This document shows positions 10,721 to 20,809 of a stretch of DNA of 53,940 nt, one piece after another. Source of the DNA: a virus. Lineage: Duplodnaviria > Caudoviricetes. The position numbers and the translations under genes are program-made. The DNA lies in the IMG/VR virus record IMGVR_UViG_3300001533_002608, positions 1 to 53,940 of that record; one strand, 5' to 3'. Every line of letters starts with the position of its first letter. Position 1 is the stretch's first letter. The notes under the pieces were generated by a model. It did no database searches. It was given only the letters and a program-made list of their open reading frames with translations, and was not told the origin of the DNA.

Positions 10721-11309
10721 GAGAATTACAGAATATCAAAAGCAAATATTAGAAGCTGTTAATAAAGATCTAGGCAAAGAAATACTATGGTTATATGAAG
10801 AAACTAAAAAAGCAAGAGCTCTTTATAAAAATGAAGATGAAATAAAAAGTGAATTTAGAATAAAGAATAAAGAAGCTGAAGAAAGAGGGATATGCCACGC
10901 ATCAGATGTAGTGAATATGTTAGGATGGTCTGATAATAAACTTTTTAGGGAAAATAGAAATCGATATATAAAAATAACTAATCTTATAGGTACTTCAAAT
11001 GGTATGGGTGCTGATGAAGTACATGAAATATTCATGGTCACAATTAAGAGATTTTTATTAGAAGATTTTAAGCACCCAATGGATGCAATGATGTCCAAAA
11101 AAGAACAAAGAAATGCTAAAAAAAGAAGAAAAGTTGAAAAGAAATATGGAGAGAAAAAAGGGATAAAAGTTTCTAAAACAGATGAAGAGAAGAAGAAACA
11201 ATCTAGATTAAGAAAACTCAAAAGAAGTGCTAAAGAGGAGAATATATCCCTTGAAGATTATATGAAAAAATATGAATATGGCGAAGACGGTAAAAAAATA
11301 AAAAAATAA
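10713..11309 (+). CDS. hypothetical Lys-rich protein
   Basis: AGGAGG RBS; 198-aa ORF. Confidence 0.65.
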   Translation: MAKRITEYQKQILEAVNKDLGKEILWLYEETKKARALYKNEDEIKSEFRIKNKEAEERGICHASDVVNMLGWSDNKLFRENRNRYIKITNLIGTSNGMGADEVHEIFMVTIKRFLLEDFKHPMDAMMSKKEQRNAKKRRKVEKKYGEKKGIKVSKTDEEKKKQSRLRKLKRSAKEENISLEDYMKKYEYGEDGKKIKK

Positions 11310-11866
11310 TGGGAAAATTAATGACTGACAAGCCCAAGAAAAAGACACAGGTAGATGCTCTAAAGGACTTGCTTAAAAAGTTAAAATCTTTCCCCGATCA
11401 TAATTTAGCAAATGAGTTGGCTATTAAAGAAGAGGCAAGAGCGATATCCCAATTTGAAAAAGACTATGATGAATGGCTAAAAGTGTACACTATAAAAAAC
11501 GAAAAAGCTTATGACAATATAATTAAAGTGAAAGCTAACAAGCATTATAAAATGTATGATACTGAAAATGGTATATCTCTTGTTATTGGGTCTAATCCTA
11601 TTGGTTATGAGGTTAGTAACGCAGCAAAAGCCGCTGGAACTCCAAGATGGTATTTGCATAGATATGTGTTTAGTATAACTCATAATCTACCATTAATAAG
11701 TACTAGCCTAGATATTCATCATATAAATGGAAATCCAAAAGACAATAGGCCGAGAAATTTATTGGCTTTACCAGCACATATTCATAGGCTTTATGAAATA
11801 AATTGTCCTGAAAGATTAAATAAAGTTATAGATAAGCTAATAATAGATAGTGGTAAAAGAGCATAA
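11309..11866 (+). CDS. HNH endonuclease
   Basis: YLHRYV...DIHHINGNPKDNRPRNL...H motif. Confidence 0.8.
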   Translation: MGKLMTDKPKKKTQVDALKDLLKKLKSFPDHNLANELAIKEEARAISQFEKDYDEWLKVYTIKNEKAYDNIIKVKANKHYKMYDTENGISLVIGSNPIGYEVSNAAKAAGTPRWYLHRYVFSITHNLPLISTSLDIHHINGNPKDNRPRNLLALPAHIHRLYEINCPERLNKVIDKLIIDSGKRA

Positions 11867-11907
11867 TTGTTTCGATAATCAGATATAATATATGTAGGAG
11901 GAATCAA

Positions 11908-12537
11908 ATGAAGTCTATTATATCTGATGATATTACTAAAGATCCTAAGCTAACAAAGAAAATGATCTGGTCAACTATTTCCAAAATGGAAAAAGAAGAT
12001 TTTAAGGATATTTTCAAGCCCTCCTTTTTAGAAAAACAATCTTTAAATGAATACATAAATGGGGATGAAAAGGTTCAAACAGTAAGTAAGCAACTGGCTC
12101 CTATGTTTGAATATAGAATCTTAGAGGCATTCTCAAGAATACTAGAAGATGCTAGAGGCTCTGGGTTTGACTTTATCTATAAAGAAACAGGAAAAAAAGT
12201 TGAACTAAAAACAAGCCAAGTCAGACAAGGAAAATCATGCTCATTTACAGGCAATAAAATATCAACTAAAAACTGTGATCATCTTCTAATAAACTATACA
12301 TTAGACTATGACAAAATAATTGAAGAAGACAATACAGGAATAATAAAAGAGCTTTACATAGGGTATATAAAAGATGTAGATGCAAATTGGTGGACGTCAG
12401 GTACTTCAAAGTTTAGCAATTTTTCTAAATTAAATGTACCTAAAGATCATATAAATAATGTTACAAGCATAATTGGAAATGCTAAAGTAGGAAGAAAATA
12501 TATAGTTTTTCACTCCAGTGAAAGAGAAGATTATTAA
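11908..12537 (+). CDS. putative PD-(D/E)XK restriction-endonuclease-like nuclease
   Basis: AGGAGG RBS; E...GFDF...VELKTS catalytic-like motif. Confidence 0.55.
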   Translation: MKSIISDDITKDPKLTKKMIWSTISKMEKEDFKDIFKPSFLEKQSLNEYINGDEKVQTVSKQLAPMFEYRILEAFSRILEDARGSGFDFIYKETGKKVELKTSQVRQGKSCSFTGNKISTKNCDHLLINYTLDYDKIIEEDNTGIIKELYIGYIKDVDANWWTSGTSKFSNFSKLNVPKDHINNVTSIIGNAKVGRKYIVFHSSEREDY

Positions 12538-12552
12538 ATAGGAGATAATATT

Positions 12553-12966
12553 ATGGGGTTTTTAACGCCAATTTTATTTAGGAATGATTCAGCTGATATC
12601 CTTGAGCAAGAACCAGAACAGGTCGTACAAGCCATTATATCCGCAATGAATAATACAAGAGAAAGAAATAAATCATTTTCAATTCGAAGTACAAGTAAAA
12701 GAAAGTGGTATCAACTATGGAAACCTAAAAGATCTTTTGCTGGCACGGTACATGCTAATCCAATTGAGGCGTTAAAAACTAGGCATGCTGAAACTACTTC
12801 CCTTTTTTTATTTAGAGGAAATACTTGGACAGACTTAACTGAATATATTTATAATAGAGATGAAACTGATCTTGAATATATTGAGACTTCGGTTAAAATA
12901 GCACAAAAACATTTAAATGAGCTAAAAAAGATCGTAAAACTTAAAAAAGAGAAGATAGAAGATTAA
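12553..12966 (+). CDS. hypothetical protein
   Basis: AGGAG RBS; 137-aa ORF. Confidence 0.65.
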   Translation: MGFLTPILFRNDSADILEQEPEQVVQAIISAMNNTRERNKSFSIRSTSKRKWYQLWKPKRSFAGTVHANPIEALKTRHAETTSLFLFRGNTWTDLTEYIYNRDETDLEYIETSVKIAQKHLNELKKIVKLKKEKIED

Positions 12967-12991
12967 GCTAAATTACCAATAAGGAAATAAT

Positions 12992-13675
12992 ATGAAAACA
13001 TTAGAAAAGTTAAAAGAGGAATTAGACGACTGGGCTTTAGACTATATGCCTTGTCCGATTTACCGTATTCCTCGCAGGATAAGAGAGTTTATTTATTCAA
13101 TAAAGTATGCTTTCCAAAAAATGACTCGCAATCATCACACTTCGGACATGGAGCTATGGAATCTTCACTCACATTTAGCTAAAATTATATATCCAAAGTT
13201 TAAAGCCTTTAAAGAAATGAAGAAGCATGGTTATCCTGGTGATTTTGTAGAATATTATGAACATGACTGGAAAAGCAAAGAAGAATATGATAAAGCTTTA
13301 CAAGAAGGGAAAATCAAAGGCGGCGGCCCTGAAAAATGGGAAGAAGTACAGAATGAGATACTCTTTGCTTTTGAATATTTTCTTCACGATGAAGATGAAA
13401 AAAGTATAAAGAATTTTTATAAAAGATGGAGACTTAAGAATCCAAGAGAGGAAATAGAAGAAAATCTAAGTATTTCTTACTGGTATGATTTGCCTGATGG
13501 TGGTGGTATGATGACTGGTGAGCCTCTTTCAGAAGAGGAAATGAAAGAGAAGGGTTATATTTTTAGAAAACAAGACAGCATCTATTATAATGTACAATTA
13601 GAACATGAATATTCGAAAAGAGCTCAAAAAGGATTTGAGTTATTTGGTAAATATTTTATGAATCTTTGGGATTAA
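12992..13675 (+). CDS. conserved phage hypothetical protein
   Basis: WNL..HLAKII.P...HGYP...ILFAFE...GFELFGKYF..LWD pattern seen in myovirus proteins. Confidence 0.65.
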   Translation: MKTLEKLKEELDDWALDYMPCPIYRIPRRIREFIYSIKYAFQKMTRNHHTSDMELWNLHSHLAKIIYPKFKAFKEMKKHGYPGDFVEYYEHDWKSKEEYDKALQEGKIKGGGPEKWEEVQNEILFAFEYFLHDEDEKSIKNFYKRWRLKNPREEIEENLSISYWYDLPDGGGMMTGEPLSEEEMKEKGYIFRKQDSIYYNVQLEHEYSKRAQKGFELFGKYFMNLWD

Positions 13676-13678
13676 ACT

Positions 13679-14050
13679 ATGAATAATAAATTAAAAATAT
13701 TTTTTCTGGAAGATAACATAAATAGATACGCACCGTTTTTTGAGTGGCTAGAGCAAAAAGCAATAGATCCACATGTTTTGAGTGCTAAATCATATCGTGA
13801 AGCTATAGAAATATTTAAAGATAATAAAGAATTTGATGTTATATTTTTAGACCACGATCTTGGTGGCAAAGTATTTATTGACTCTAGAAAAGAAAATACT
13901 GGCTACACAGTTGCTAAATATATTTTGAATAATAATATAAAATATGAACAATGTATTATACATTCTCAAAATCCAGCTGGTGCTAACAATATACAAAGCA
14001 TCTTAAAAGATGCCATAAAACTTCCTTTTCCTATTCTTATAAAATCATAG
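13679..14050 (+). CDS. stand-alone receiver-like protein (cyclic-phosphate-processing REC type)
   Basis: FLED...FLDHDLG...TGY.VAK...IHSQNP.G motif. Confidence 0.75.
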   Translation: MNNKLKIFFLEDNINRYAPFFEWLEQKAIDPHVLSAKSYREAIEIFKDNKEFDVIFLDHDLGGKVFIDSRKENTGYTVAKYILNNNIKYEQCIIHSQNPAGANNIQSILKDAIKLPFPILIKS

Positions 14051-14070
14051 CTTACAATCAAGATAAAATT

Positions 14071-14421
14071 ATGGAACTAAACGAGCTAACGTGGTATATA
14101 GTACCTTATAATAGATTTGATGTAAGAATTTTAGGAGCAGACCCAACTGACACTAAAAAAGAATTGGAAATTGAGGATGGGTGTGAGTTTTATTTATATA
14201 TAGCGCGTGTTCATTTTATATTACTTGATCTGAGCGATAAATTAAAAAACTCTGGGCCAGAAGAGATAAAATATGTATATTATGAGCCATATTTAGAACC
14301 ACACAAGTACAAAAAATACTCTTGGGAAGAAATAAAAAAGATATCTATTGATATATTGTTTAATTGGCATGAAAAAAGGAGTTCATATAATGTACGAGAA
14401 AATTATAAAACAAAAAGGTAA
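14071..14421 (+). CDS. hypothetical protein
   Basis: 116-aa ORF 4 nt after an AAGATAA motif, no RBS. Confidence 0.55.
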   Translation: MELNELTWYIVPYNRFDVRILGADPTDTKKELEIEDGCEFYLYIARVHFILLDLSDKLKNSGPEEIKYVYYEPYLEPHKYKKYSWEEIKKISIDILFNWHEKRSSYNVRENYKTKR

Positions 14422-14490
14422 CATACATTTAGTACTTTTTTAATTTTACACTAATAGTCTTTGATAAGATAATTGTGAAATTTATTTTTG

Positions 14491-14649
14491 CACAAAAAAC
14501 ATGTAAGATAATATGGATTAAACATATTAGGGCTGGGAGAGTCCGATGTTAAGCCTGTGGAGTCTAAAACCTCTGGTTCTACTTCGGTAGAAGTAAGTCT
14601 TGTCAATGAAGCAGGAAGATCACCCGTCTTTAGCGGGTGATTAGTTCAC
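14491..14649 (+). mobile_element. orphan TnpB-type reRNA / IS200-IS605 right end, copy 1
   Basis: TnpB-tail-like GLNILGLGESDVKPVE frame, AAGCAGGAA, hairpin CACCCG-TCTTTAG-CGGGTG, end TAGTTCAC; repeated at ~18113 and ~53753. Confidence 0.8.
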
Positions 14650-14720
14650 ATATTTTTCTAATGGACTTATTGTAACAATATATAAATTAATGTAGCATAT
14701 TTACGTAAGAGGAGAACATA

Positions 14721-15374
14721 GTGCCTCATCAAAGAGTTGACATAATAAGTGAAGGTCTAACAAAAATCGGTAGAGCTTATTGTAGACATTGTGATATGGA
14801 CCATTGGGTTGATATAAGAAAATATAATGATTTTATAATTTTAAAGTTTGACGAAATAACTAGAGGAAATTTTCTTTTTGAAAGAATCAAAGATTCTAAA
14901 CGTTTTTTTAAAATAAAAGAGCTAAGAAAAAATGTGAATGCTGTATATTTAGACTTTGCTCAACTTAAGGAGTTATATAACCTATTAGCAGATTTCAACA
15001 GTACAGAAGAGTACGACAAAGAATATTACGACTCGTTGATTTTAAATAACAAGAATGAAAGTATAGTATTGTTTTCTACAAAAGAGATGTTTCTTTCGAT
15101 TGATGTTATCCGCAATGATAAGATCACTTATGTTTTTAGCGTAGATATAGGATGGAAGCTAGAAGATTATAAAGTAAGAAATTTAATTAAAGATTTAAAA
15201 AGATACATAATTAATAATTATAATAATCCATTTTTTAACTATGAAGCTCTATTAGAATTAGAAGAAGAGAAAAAACTCTTATCAGCCATAAAATATTTAA
15301 TAGATTTAAAATGTGTTGATAATACTAATAGCAGGTTCTATAAAGACAAAATGGTATATAGAATATTAGAATAG
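14721..15374 (+). CDS. hypothetical protein
   Basis: GAGGAG RBS, GTG start, 217 aa. Confidence 0.65.
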   Translation: MPHQRVDIISEGLTKIGRAYCRHCDMDHWVDIRKYNDFIILKFDEITRGNFLFERIKDSKRFFKIKELRKNVNAVYLDFAQLKELYNLLADFNSTEEYDKEYYDSLILNNKNESIVLFSTKEMFLSIDVIRNDKITYVFSVDIGWKLEDYKVRNLIKDLKRYIINNYNNPFFNYEALLELEEEKKLLSAIKYLIDLKCVDNTNSRFYKDKMVYRILE

Positions 15375-15384
15375 AGGAGCTGAA

Positions 15385-15918
15385 ATGCTAAAACATTTAT
15401 ATTATCTTAAGTATATGATCCGTCACAAATTTTGGGTCACTTATTATTGTTTTAGAGACGGACTATTTTTGCGTGGAGTTAAGCATGATTGGTCAAAATT
15501 TCTTCCAAGTGAATGGTTCCCTTATGCAAATTATTTCTATGGACCGGAGGGAGAGAAGGTTCGAGCTGCAAGGGAAGAAACAGGTGGCTATTATAAACCA
15601 TATGATACTGGAGATGAAAAGTTTGATTTCGCTTGGCTATTACACCAAAAGAGAAATGATCACCATTGGCAATGGTGGATTATTCCAAAAGACGATGGTG
15701 GATTTAAGACAATGCCGATGAAAGAAAAAGCATGGCGAGAGATGATATGCGATTGGCGTGGAGCTGGTCGAGCACAAGGCTATGGGGATAATACTCCAAT
15801 TTGGTATAAGCAAAATAAAGAAAATATGATTATACACTCTTTCACCAGACATCAAATTGAACAAAAGCTTGTCAATATATTTGGCTATGACGCTATGAAA
15901 GATTCCCTGACAATGTAA
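15385..15918 (+). CDS. HD-fold-like protein (DUF5662-like)
   Basis: RHK...HDWSKF.P.E...AWLLHQKRNDHHWQWW...EMICDWRGAG motif. Confidence 0.75.
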   Translation: MLKHLYYLKYMIRHKFWVTYYCFRDGLFLRGVKHDWSKFLPSEWFPYANYFYGPEGEKVRAAREETGGYYKPYDTGDEKFDFAWLLHQKRNDHHWQWWIIPKDDGGFKTMPMKEKAWREMICDWRGAGRAQGYGDNTPIWYKQNKENMIIHSFTRHQIEQKLVNIFGYDAMKDSLTM

Positions 15919-15920
15919 AA

Positions 15921-16400
15921 ATGAAGCTAATGATGCTAGGAGAAACAACTGGGAATAAGAGGTCTAACAAAGAATATGATTTTTTAGGAACAAATGCAAG
16001 TAGATTCTTATGGATAGAATTAGCAAAATATGATCTTTATAGAGAAGACTTTTACACACATAGTATATTTGGGAACAAGGGCCATAAAAAAAAGTATCTT
16101 ACAGAGGAAGAGTATAGAGATATTCAAATAAATTTAAGTAAAGAAATAATGATGTTAGAGCCTGAATTAACATTATCAGTTGGAAGGTTAACCACTGAAG
16201 AGCTATTACAAAAAAAGCTTGGTGGAGAGTATTATGATATAACTGGAGAAATGTTATATTCCACCAATTATGGTATTTGGTTTGTCCCAACAATTCATCC
16301 ATCTACTATAGCAAGAAACGAAGAAAATTTACCAATATTACAAAACTCAATAGCTAATTTTTATGACTGTTACAGGGAGCTACTTAATGAGAACTCCTAA
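15921..16400 (+). CDS. uracil-DNA glycosylase-like protein
   Basis: LMMLGE..G, FLG..., PELTLSVGR and PTIHPS motifs of the UDG superfamily. Confidence 0.7.
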   Translation: MKLMMLGETTGNKRSNKEYDFLGTNASRFLWIELAKYDLYREDFYTHSIFGNKGHKKKYLTEEEYRDIQINLSKEIMMLEPELTLSVGRLTTEELLQKKLGGEYYDITGEMLYSTNYGIWFVPTIHPSTIARNEENLPILQNSIANFYDCYRELLNENS

Positions 16401-16608
16401 TGATCTACATAATAAAATGTTTGCTGATTATGAATATCGACACAAAAATATGGATCTAAATGTGAAAGCAATTATAAATCCAATAATATCAGATATTTTT
16501 AAATCAGTAGCTACAGTTATGTCGCAAGAGTTAAAAAACGAAAGAGCATATTTAGAGAAGAAAAGTGAAAACATGAGAAGTAATAAAAAGGACAGAGGGA
16601 ACAAGTGA
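16387..16608 (+). CDS. hypothetical protein
   Basis: GGGAG RBS before ATG at 16387. Confidence 0.5.
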   Translation: MRTPNDLHNKMFADYEYRHKNMDLNVKAIINPIISDIFKSVATVMSQELKNERAYLEKKSENMRSNKKDRGNK

Positions 16609-16809
16609 TAGAGAGTGCGAAAGAGTGAAATCAACTCTGTTAGTAAACTATGGTCTTTCCGGTAAAACAATACCTAATATTATCACCGAATATGATACTT
16701 TAGAGCAAATGATAGTACTAGTATGTCAATATTATGAAAATAAAATTAAGTAAATATCCGATGATTATATAACCTATGGATAAAGATAAATACCAAAGAG
16801 GTTATTATA

Positions 16810-17064
16810 ATGAACTTAAGAGAATTATTGCTACAATTTGCCGGTGAGAATGACATCTCATTAAAAGTAGAAAATATAGTCACAACTAGTACGAATAATA
16901 TTTATGTACTGGATGAAATTTCAAATGGAGTTAAGGTGGGCCTATTAGACAACAATAGATTAGAAGAAACTAAAAAAGTAATAACCGAAAAACTAGTTGA
17001 AAATGGATATAAAGTCCACATTTATAATATTGGAGATAATATACTCGACATAGAGGTGAGGTAA
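16810..17064 (+). CDS. hypothetical protein
   Basis: AAGATAA motif at 16783, GAGG RBS; MNLRELL N-terminus. Confidence 0.6.
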   Translation: MNLRELLLQFAGENDISLKVENIVTTSTNNIYVLDEISNGVKVGLLDNNRLEETKKVITEKLVENGYKVHIYNIGDNILDIEVR

Positions 17065-17076
17065 AGGGGTAATAGC

Positions 17077-17484
17077 ATGAAAGTTAATCTAATGGATATA
17101 ACGAAAAAGGTATTATTTGAAGAGATAGATAAGCCTACTAAGGAAGAAGAAAATAAATGGAAAGAAAGTAATAATAATGGCAGTGACAAATTATATTATG
17201 TAATTCGTGGTGAAGACAATGAGATTATAAGATATATTGACACTAAAGTTGTAGAAGATTTTAATAAAGAAAAAGATAAAAATCATCAACCAAAAAAAGT
17301 TGCTGAAATGTTATTTGAAAATATAGGTATAGAAGAATCAGGTGACGAAAATGACGAGGTAACAAATGAGGAGATTGAGGATGAAAGGGGAGAGGCCGAA
17401 GGAGAAACTGGAGAATCTCAATCTACCAGCGATGAAGAAGAAACTCAAAGTGAGAATGAAGTTCCGGAGCAGAGGAAGGCTTAA
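17077..17484 (+). CDS. hypothetical acidic protein
   Basis: 135-aa ORF with Glu-rich tail. Confidence 0.6.
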   Translation: MKVNLMDITKKVLFEEIDKPTKEEENKWKESNNNGSDKLYYVIRGEDNEIIRYIDTKVVEDFNKEKDKNHQPKKVAEMLFENIGIEESGDENDEVTNEEIEDERGEAEGETGESQSTSDEEETQSENEVPEQRKA

Positions 17485-17491
17485 GCCATAA

Positions 17492-18064
17492 ATGAGCAAG
17501 CTGGAGAAACTATCTCTAAAGATAATACATAAAGGTACTAACTATGAGATAGTTAATCCTAATATAATAAAATTATTATGTGAATATATAAGAGGTAAAA
17601 CAGAGTTATCAGTTTTGGAACAAGAAGTAGATAAAGAAATTTTTTATCAAAGAATAATAAAATATGATATAGAATTTCCAGAAGATTTTTATCAACAAAA
17701 TAAAAAAGAAATTGATAAAGATAATTCTAAGAAAGCTATATTTATTAATGCTTTTAATATATTAGATTTTAATAAATTTAAGAGATCTTTAAAAGAAACA
17801 TATCCTGATAAATTTTATGATCCTAACTTTAGATCAAAAATATTTGAGGAGCAAAATGGTAAATGTGCTATATGCAAAACTAATTTAGATGGTAAACTAG
17901 CACATTTACATCATATAAATTATAATAAGCAAGATTGTAATAAATCTAATTTAGTTTTCTTGTGTCCAAGATGCCATGGAAAAACTAATAAAGAAAGGGA
18001 GTTTTGGCAGGGAGTTTTACAGGAGTACAAAGTAAACGATGAAATTTTTACAAGCGATACTTGA
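17492..18064 (+). CDS. HNH endonuclease (zinc-binding type)
   Basis: CAIC...HLHHINY...NLVFLCPRCH. Confidence 0.8.
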   Translation: MSKLEKLSLKIIHKGTNYEIVNPNIIKLLCEYIRGKTELSVLEQEVDKEIFYQRIIKYDIEFPEDFYQQNKKEIDKDNSKKAIFINAFNILDFNKFKRSLKETYPDKFYDPNFRSKIFEEQNGKCAICKTNLDGKLAHLHHINYNKQDCNKSNLVFLCPRCHGKTNKEREFWQGVLQEYKVNDEIFTSDT

Positions 18065-18495
18065 AACAAGAGAAGAAAAAGAAAACGATGTTATCAAGGC
18101 AAAATTTGATAAAGAATTAGGGCTGGGAGAGTCCGAATTTAAGCCTGTGGAGATGAAGACCAATGCTTCTAAGCAATTAGAAGTAAGTCTTGTCAATGAA
18201 GCAGGAAGATCTCCCGTCTTTAGCGGGTGATTAGTTCATAGATAACTATCCATATGGCCAAGAAAGCTATACGGATGTTAATAAATATAAAGAGGCAAAT
18301 AAGATAATTAGTGACTTACAATTATCTTATGCGCGTAATGCAGGTGATCCTCAAAAAGTATTAGATGCAGCAAAAGATCTTTTAGATAAAATGGCTCATG
18401 ATTACGGGGATTACTATAAAGGAAAGACCAACAAAAAATGGAGAGATGCTATGTTGGCGTTAGACAAATTGAAGGAGATTGGAGGAAAATTATAA
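18039..18495 (+). pseudogene. hypothetical gene interrupted by reRNA element copy 2
   Basis: 5' part MKFLQAILE...KFDKEL; 3' part DNYPYGQESY...KEIGGKL* is open 18241-18495 in another frame; removing 121 nt rejoins them. Confidence 0.7.
18113..18239 (+). mobile_element. orphan TnpB-type reRNA / IS200-IS605 right end, copy 2
   Basis: Near-identical to copy 1 from TTAGGGCTGGGAGAGTCCGA to GATTAGTTCA; left boundary uncertain. Confidence 0.8.
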
Positions 18496-18848
18496 TGGGA
18501 AACCTTAATGAGTTTTTAGAAACTTTAAACGAAGAAGCCGGCGAAGAAAATAAAGAAAAGGGTGAAAAGGCAATAAGTGCTGAAAAAGCAGGTGTTGTTC
18601 CATCTTTCTGGAATAAAATACCAGGTAGCGTAAAAGACTTATTTTATTGGTACAGAGAAGCTTTACCTAGTGAAGAGGAAGAGCAACATGGCTTTTATGA
18701 ATTTTTAGACGATGTAGTAAATTACTTGATGTCTTTCTCAATGATGAGTAGTCTTAACAGAGCTGGGAAATTAATTGCCGACTATGACATGAGGGGCTCT
18801 AAAAAAGATGCTAAAGATGCCGAAGAGTCCGAAACCGACGAAGAATAG
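18495..18848 (+). CDS. hypothetical protein
   Basis: GGAGG at 18481 and TAATG overlap with the upstream stop; start at 18495 rather than 18438. Confidence 0.65.
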   Translation: MGNLNEFLETLNEEAGEENKEKGEKAISAEKAGVVPSFWNKIPGSVKDLFYWYREALPSEEEEQHGFYEFLDDVVNYLMSFSMMSSLNRAGKLIADYDMRGSKKDAKDAEESETDEE

Positions 18849-18890
18849 CGACATATTTAGTTAAATAATATATTAATATATGGAGATAAA

Positions 18891-19823
18891 ATGTCGAAAG
18901 GTGTCATAAATGTTAATGAGCAATGTAGCTTTCCTAACGGCTACACTATTACAGATAATAGAATAGAAGATTATTTGCAAAAATTATTGTCGCCGAGTGC
19001 ATACGTCATTTGGCGACAATATTTGCGTTTTTGGGGTGGAGATAAGTCATCTGCTTATCCAAGTCTAGCAACTATATCCAACAGAACTGGGCTATCAGAA
19101 AAAACTATAAGAAGATGTAACAAAGAATTAGTAAAGATCGGGTTTATGACATACATTCCGGGGAATTCTAAAAGAGCAAATCAATATTATTATGTTCCTA
19201 TTGGTGATCTGATGAAGAGATTCTATGGCACGGAATTACCAGAAACTGATAAAACAAACGCTGATAAGCAAAGTTTTATAAAAGAAAAAGATAGTAAAAC
19301 TGAAGACAAAATACGAAAGAAGCTTGAGGAATTAAATGATTATGATAAAGCTTCTTCGCTGGAGTTTATAAGAATCTTTAAGGATGCTTATAAAGACAAA
19401 ATGGGAATAGAATATGGTTTAGAATATTCTGACGTAAACACTCTAACATCTAATATAGATGACGTAAGTAATAATTTTATATTGTATACAGGCTTAGTAC
19501 ATAGAATGTTTAAAACAGATAATAAGTTTATAGTAAATTCCGATTACAGTATGCACTTTTTATTCGTACCAAAAGTAAAGAAAGCCCTAATAGCTGAATA
19601 TTATCAAACAAATTTTGGAAGATGGTTAGCACAAGCAGATAGAAAATTTGAAAAATTAAAAGAAGAGTTTGACAAAGAAATTAAAGACAAAAAAATAACT
19701 GGAGAAGAAGATATAAAAACTTTTGTAGATAAGAATATTGACTTTGGAAGTGGGAATTCGGAAAGAGATAAATTTGTATATGATAATATAATAGAAAAGC
19801 TCAGGGACCATTTTTTGAAGTGA
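18891..19823 (+). CDS. winged-HTH DNA-binding / replication-initiator-like protein
   Basis: AYPSLATIS..TGLSEKTIRRC.KELVK.G HTH pattern. Confidence 0.7.
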   Translation: MSKGVINVNEQCSFPNGYTITDNRIEDYLQKLLSPSAYVIWRQYLRFWGGDKSSAYPSLATISNRTGLSEKTIRRCNKELVKIGFMTYIPGNSKRANQYYYVPIGDLMKRFYGTELPETDKTNADKQSFIKEKDSKTEDKIRKKLEELNDYDKASSLEFIRIFKDAYKDKMGIEYGLEYSDVNTLTSNIDDVSNNFILYTGLVHRMFKTDNKFIVNSDYSMHFLFVPKVKKALIAEYYQTNFGRWLAQADRKFEKLKEEFDKEIKDKKITGEEDIKTFVDKNIDFGSGNSERDKFVYDNIIEKLRDHFLK

Positions 19824-19902
19824 TTATGTTTTTAGTAAAGCTTAAAAGACTGGCTTTTTATAGCCAATATTGCAAAGATAACTGCACAGGAGGTGGTTAT
19901 CT

Positions 19903-20190
19903 TTGTTGCGTTTAAAGCTGGGTAAGGAATACTATTTAGTTCATAAAAATAAAAGAATGCATTCCAATAAATGGGAATTAGGCATCTTTGCAAAAGTAGT
20001 TCTCAAAAAGATAACTCCTCAAGATTATGCAAAAGTAGATATATTAGATTTATACTACGAAAAAGAAGAGATAATACCAGCTGATGTTGTACTAGCATTT
20101 GGATTTCAACAAAAAGAAATTTTTGAGGATATCTCTTCTATACCAGGTAATCTAAAATATCTGATAATAAATGGAGTATTTAGTAAATGA
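19903..20190 (+). CDS. hypothetical protein
   Basis: AGGAGG RBS, AAGATAA at 19875, TTG start. Confidence 0.6.
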   Translation: MLRLKLGKEYYLVHKNKRMHSNKWELGIFAKVVLKKITPQDYAKVDILDLYYEKEEIIPADVVLAFGFQQKEIFEDISSIPGNLKYLIINGVFSK

Positions 20191-20807
20191 AATCAGTAAC
20201 ATTCACATTCGGTAGATTTAATCCTCCAACAAAAGGTCATATGAAAGTAGTCGAAAAACTCGAAGAACAAAATACCGATGATTATATGATTTTTCTTAGT
20301 CATACTTATAAGCCACCTAAAGACCCTTTGCCATATAATAAAAAAGTAGAGTGGTTTAAGAAGTCTCTAGAGCCAAATAAAAGAGATTATTTAGTAGAAG
20401 GTGAATATAGAACTATAATGGATATAGCTATGTATTTGTATAATAAAAAATATGATAAAATTATTATGATTGTTGGGGAAGACAGAGTTAAAGCCTTTGA
20501 AAAAATGTTAAAAGATTATAATGGGAAAGAGGCAAAGCACGGTTATTATGAGTTTGAAGACATAGAAGTTAAAATTGCTGGCAAGAGAATAGAAGGATCT
20601 AATAGTATTGAAGGTATTTCAGCAACTAAAGCTAAAGATGCCGTAAAGGAAAATAATTTTCAAAAATTTAAAGAACTCATTAGTGATCAATTAACTGAAA
20701 AAGAAAAGCTAGAAATGTTTCAAGATGTAAAAAACGAGATGGGGATTAAAGAGTCCTTTACTTTACATGATATAAAAAATGCATTTACCGAATTATTAAG
20801 AGGCTAA
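20187..20807 (+). CDS. cytidylyltransferase-like (HxGH) nucleotidyltransferase
   Basis: TFGRFNPPTKGH, DPL, VGEDR and ISAT motifs of the T4-like phage family. Confidence 0.85.
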   Translation: MKSVTFTFGRFNPPTKGHMKVVEKLEEQNTDDYMIFLSHTYKPPKDPLPYNKKVEWFKKSLEPNKRDYLVEGEYRTIMDIAMYLYNKKYDKIIMIVGEDRVKAFEKMLKDYNGKEAKHGYYEFEDIEVKIAGKRIEGSNSIEGISATKAKDAVKENNFQKFKELISDQLTEKEKLEMFQDVKNEMGIKESFTLHDIKNAFTELLRG

Positions 20808-20809
20808 TA

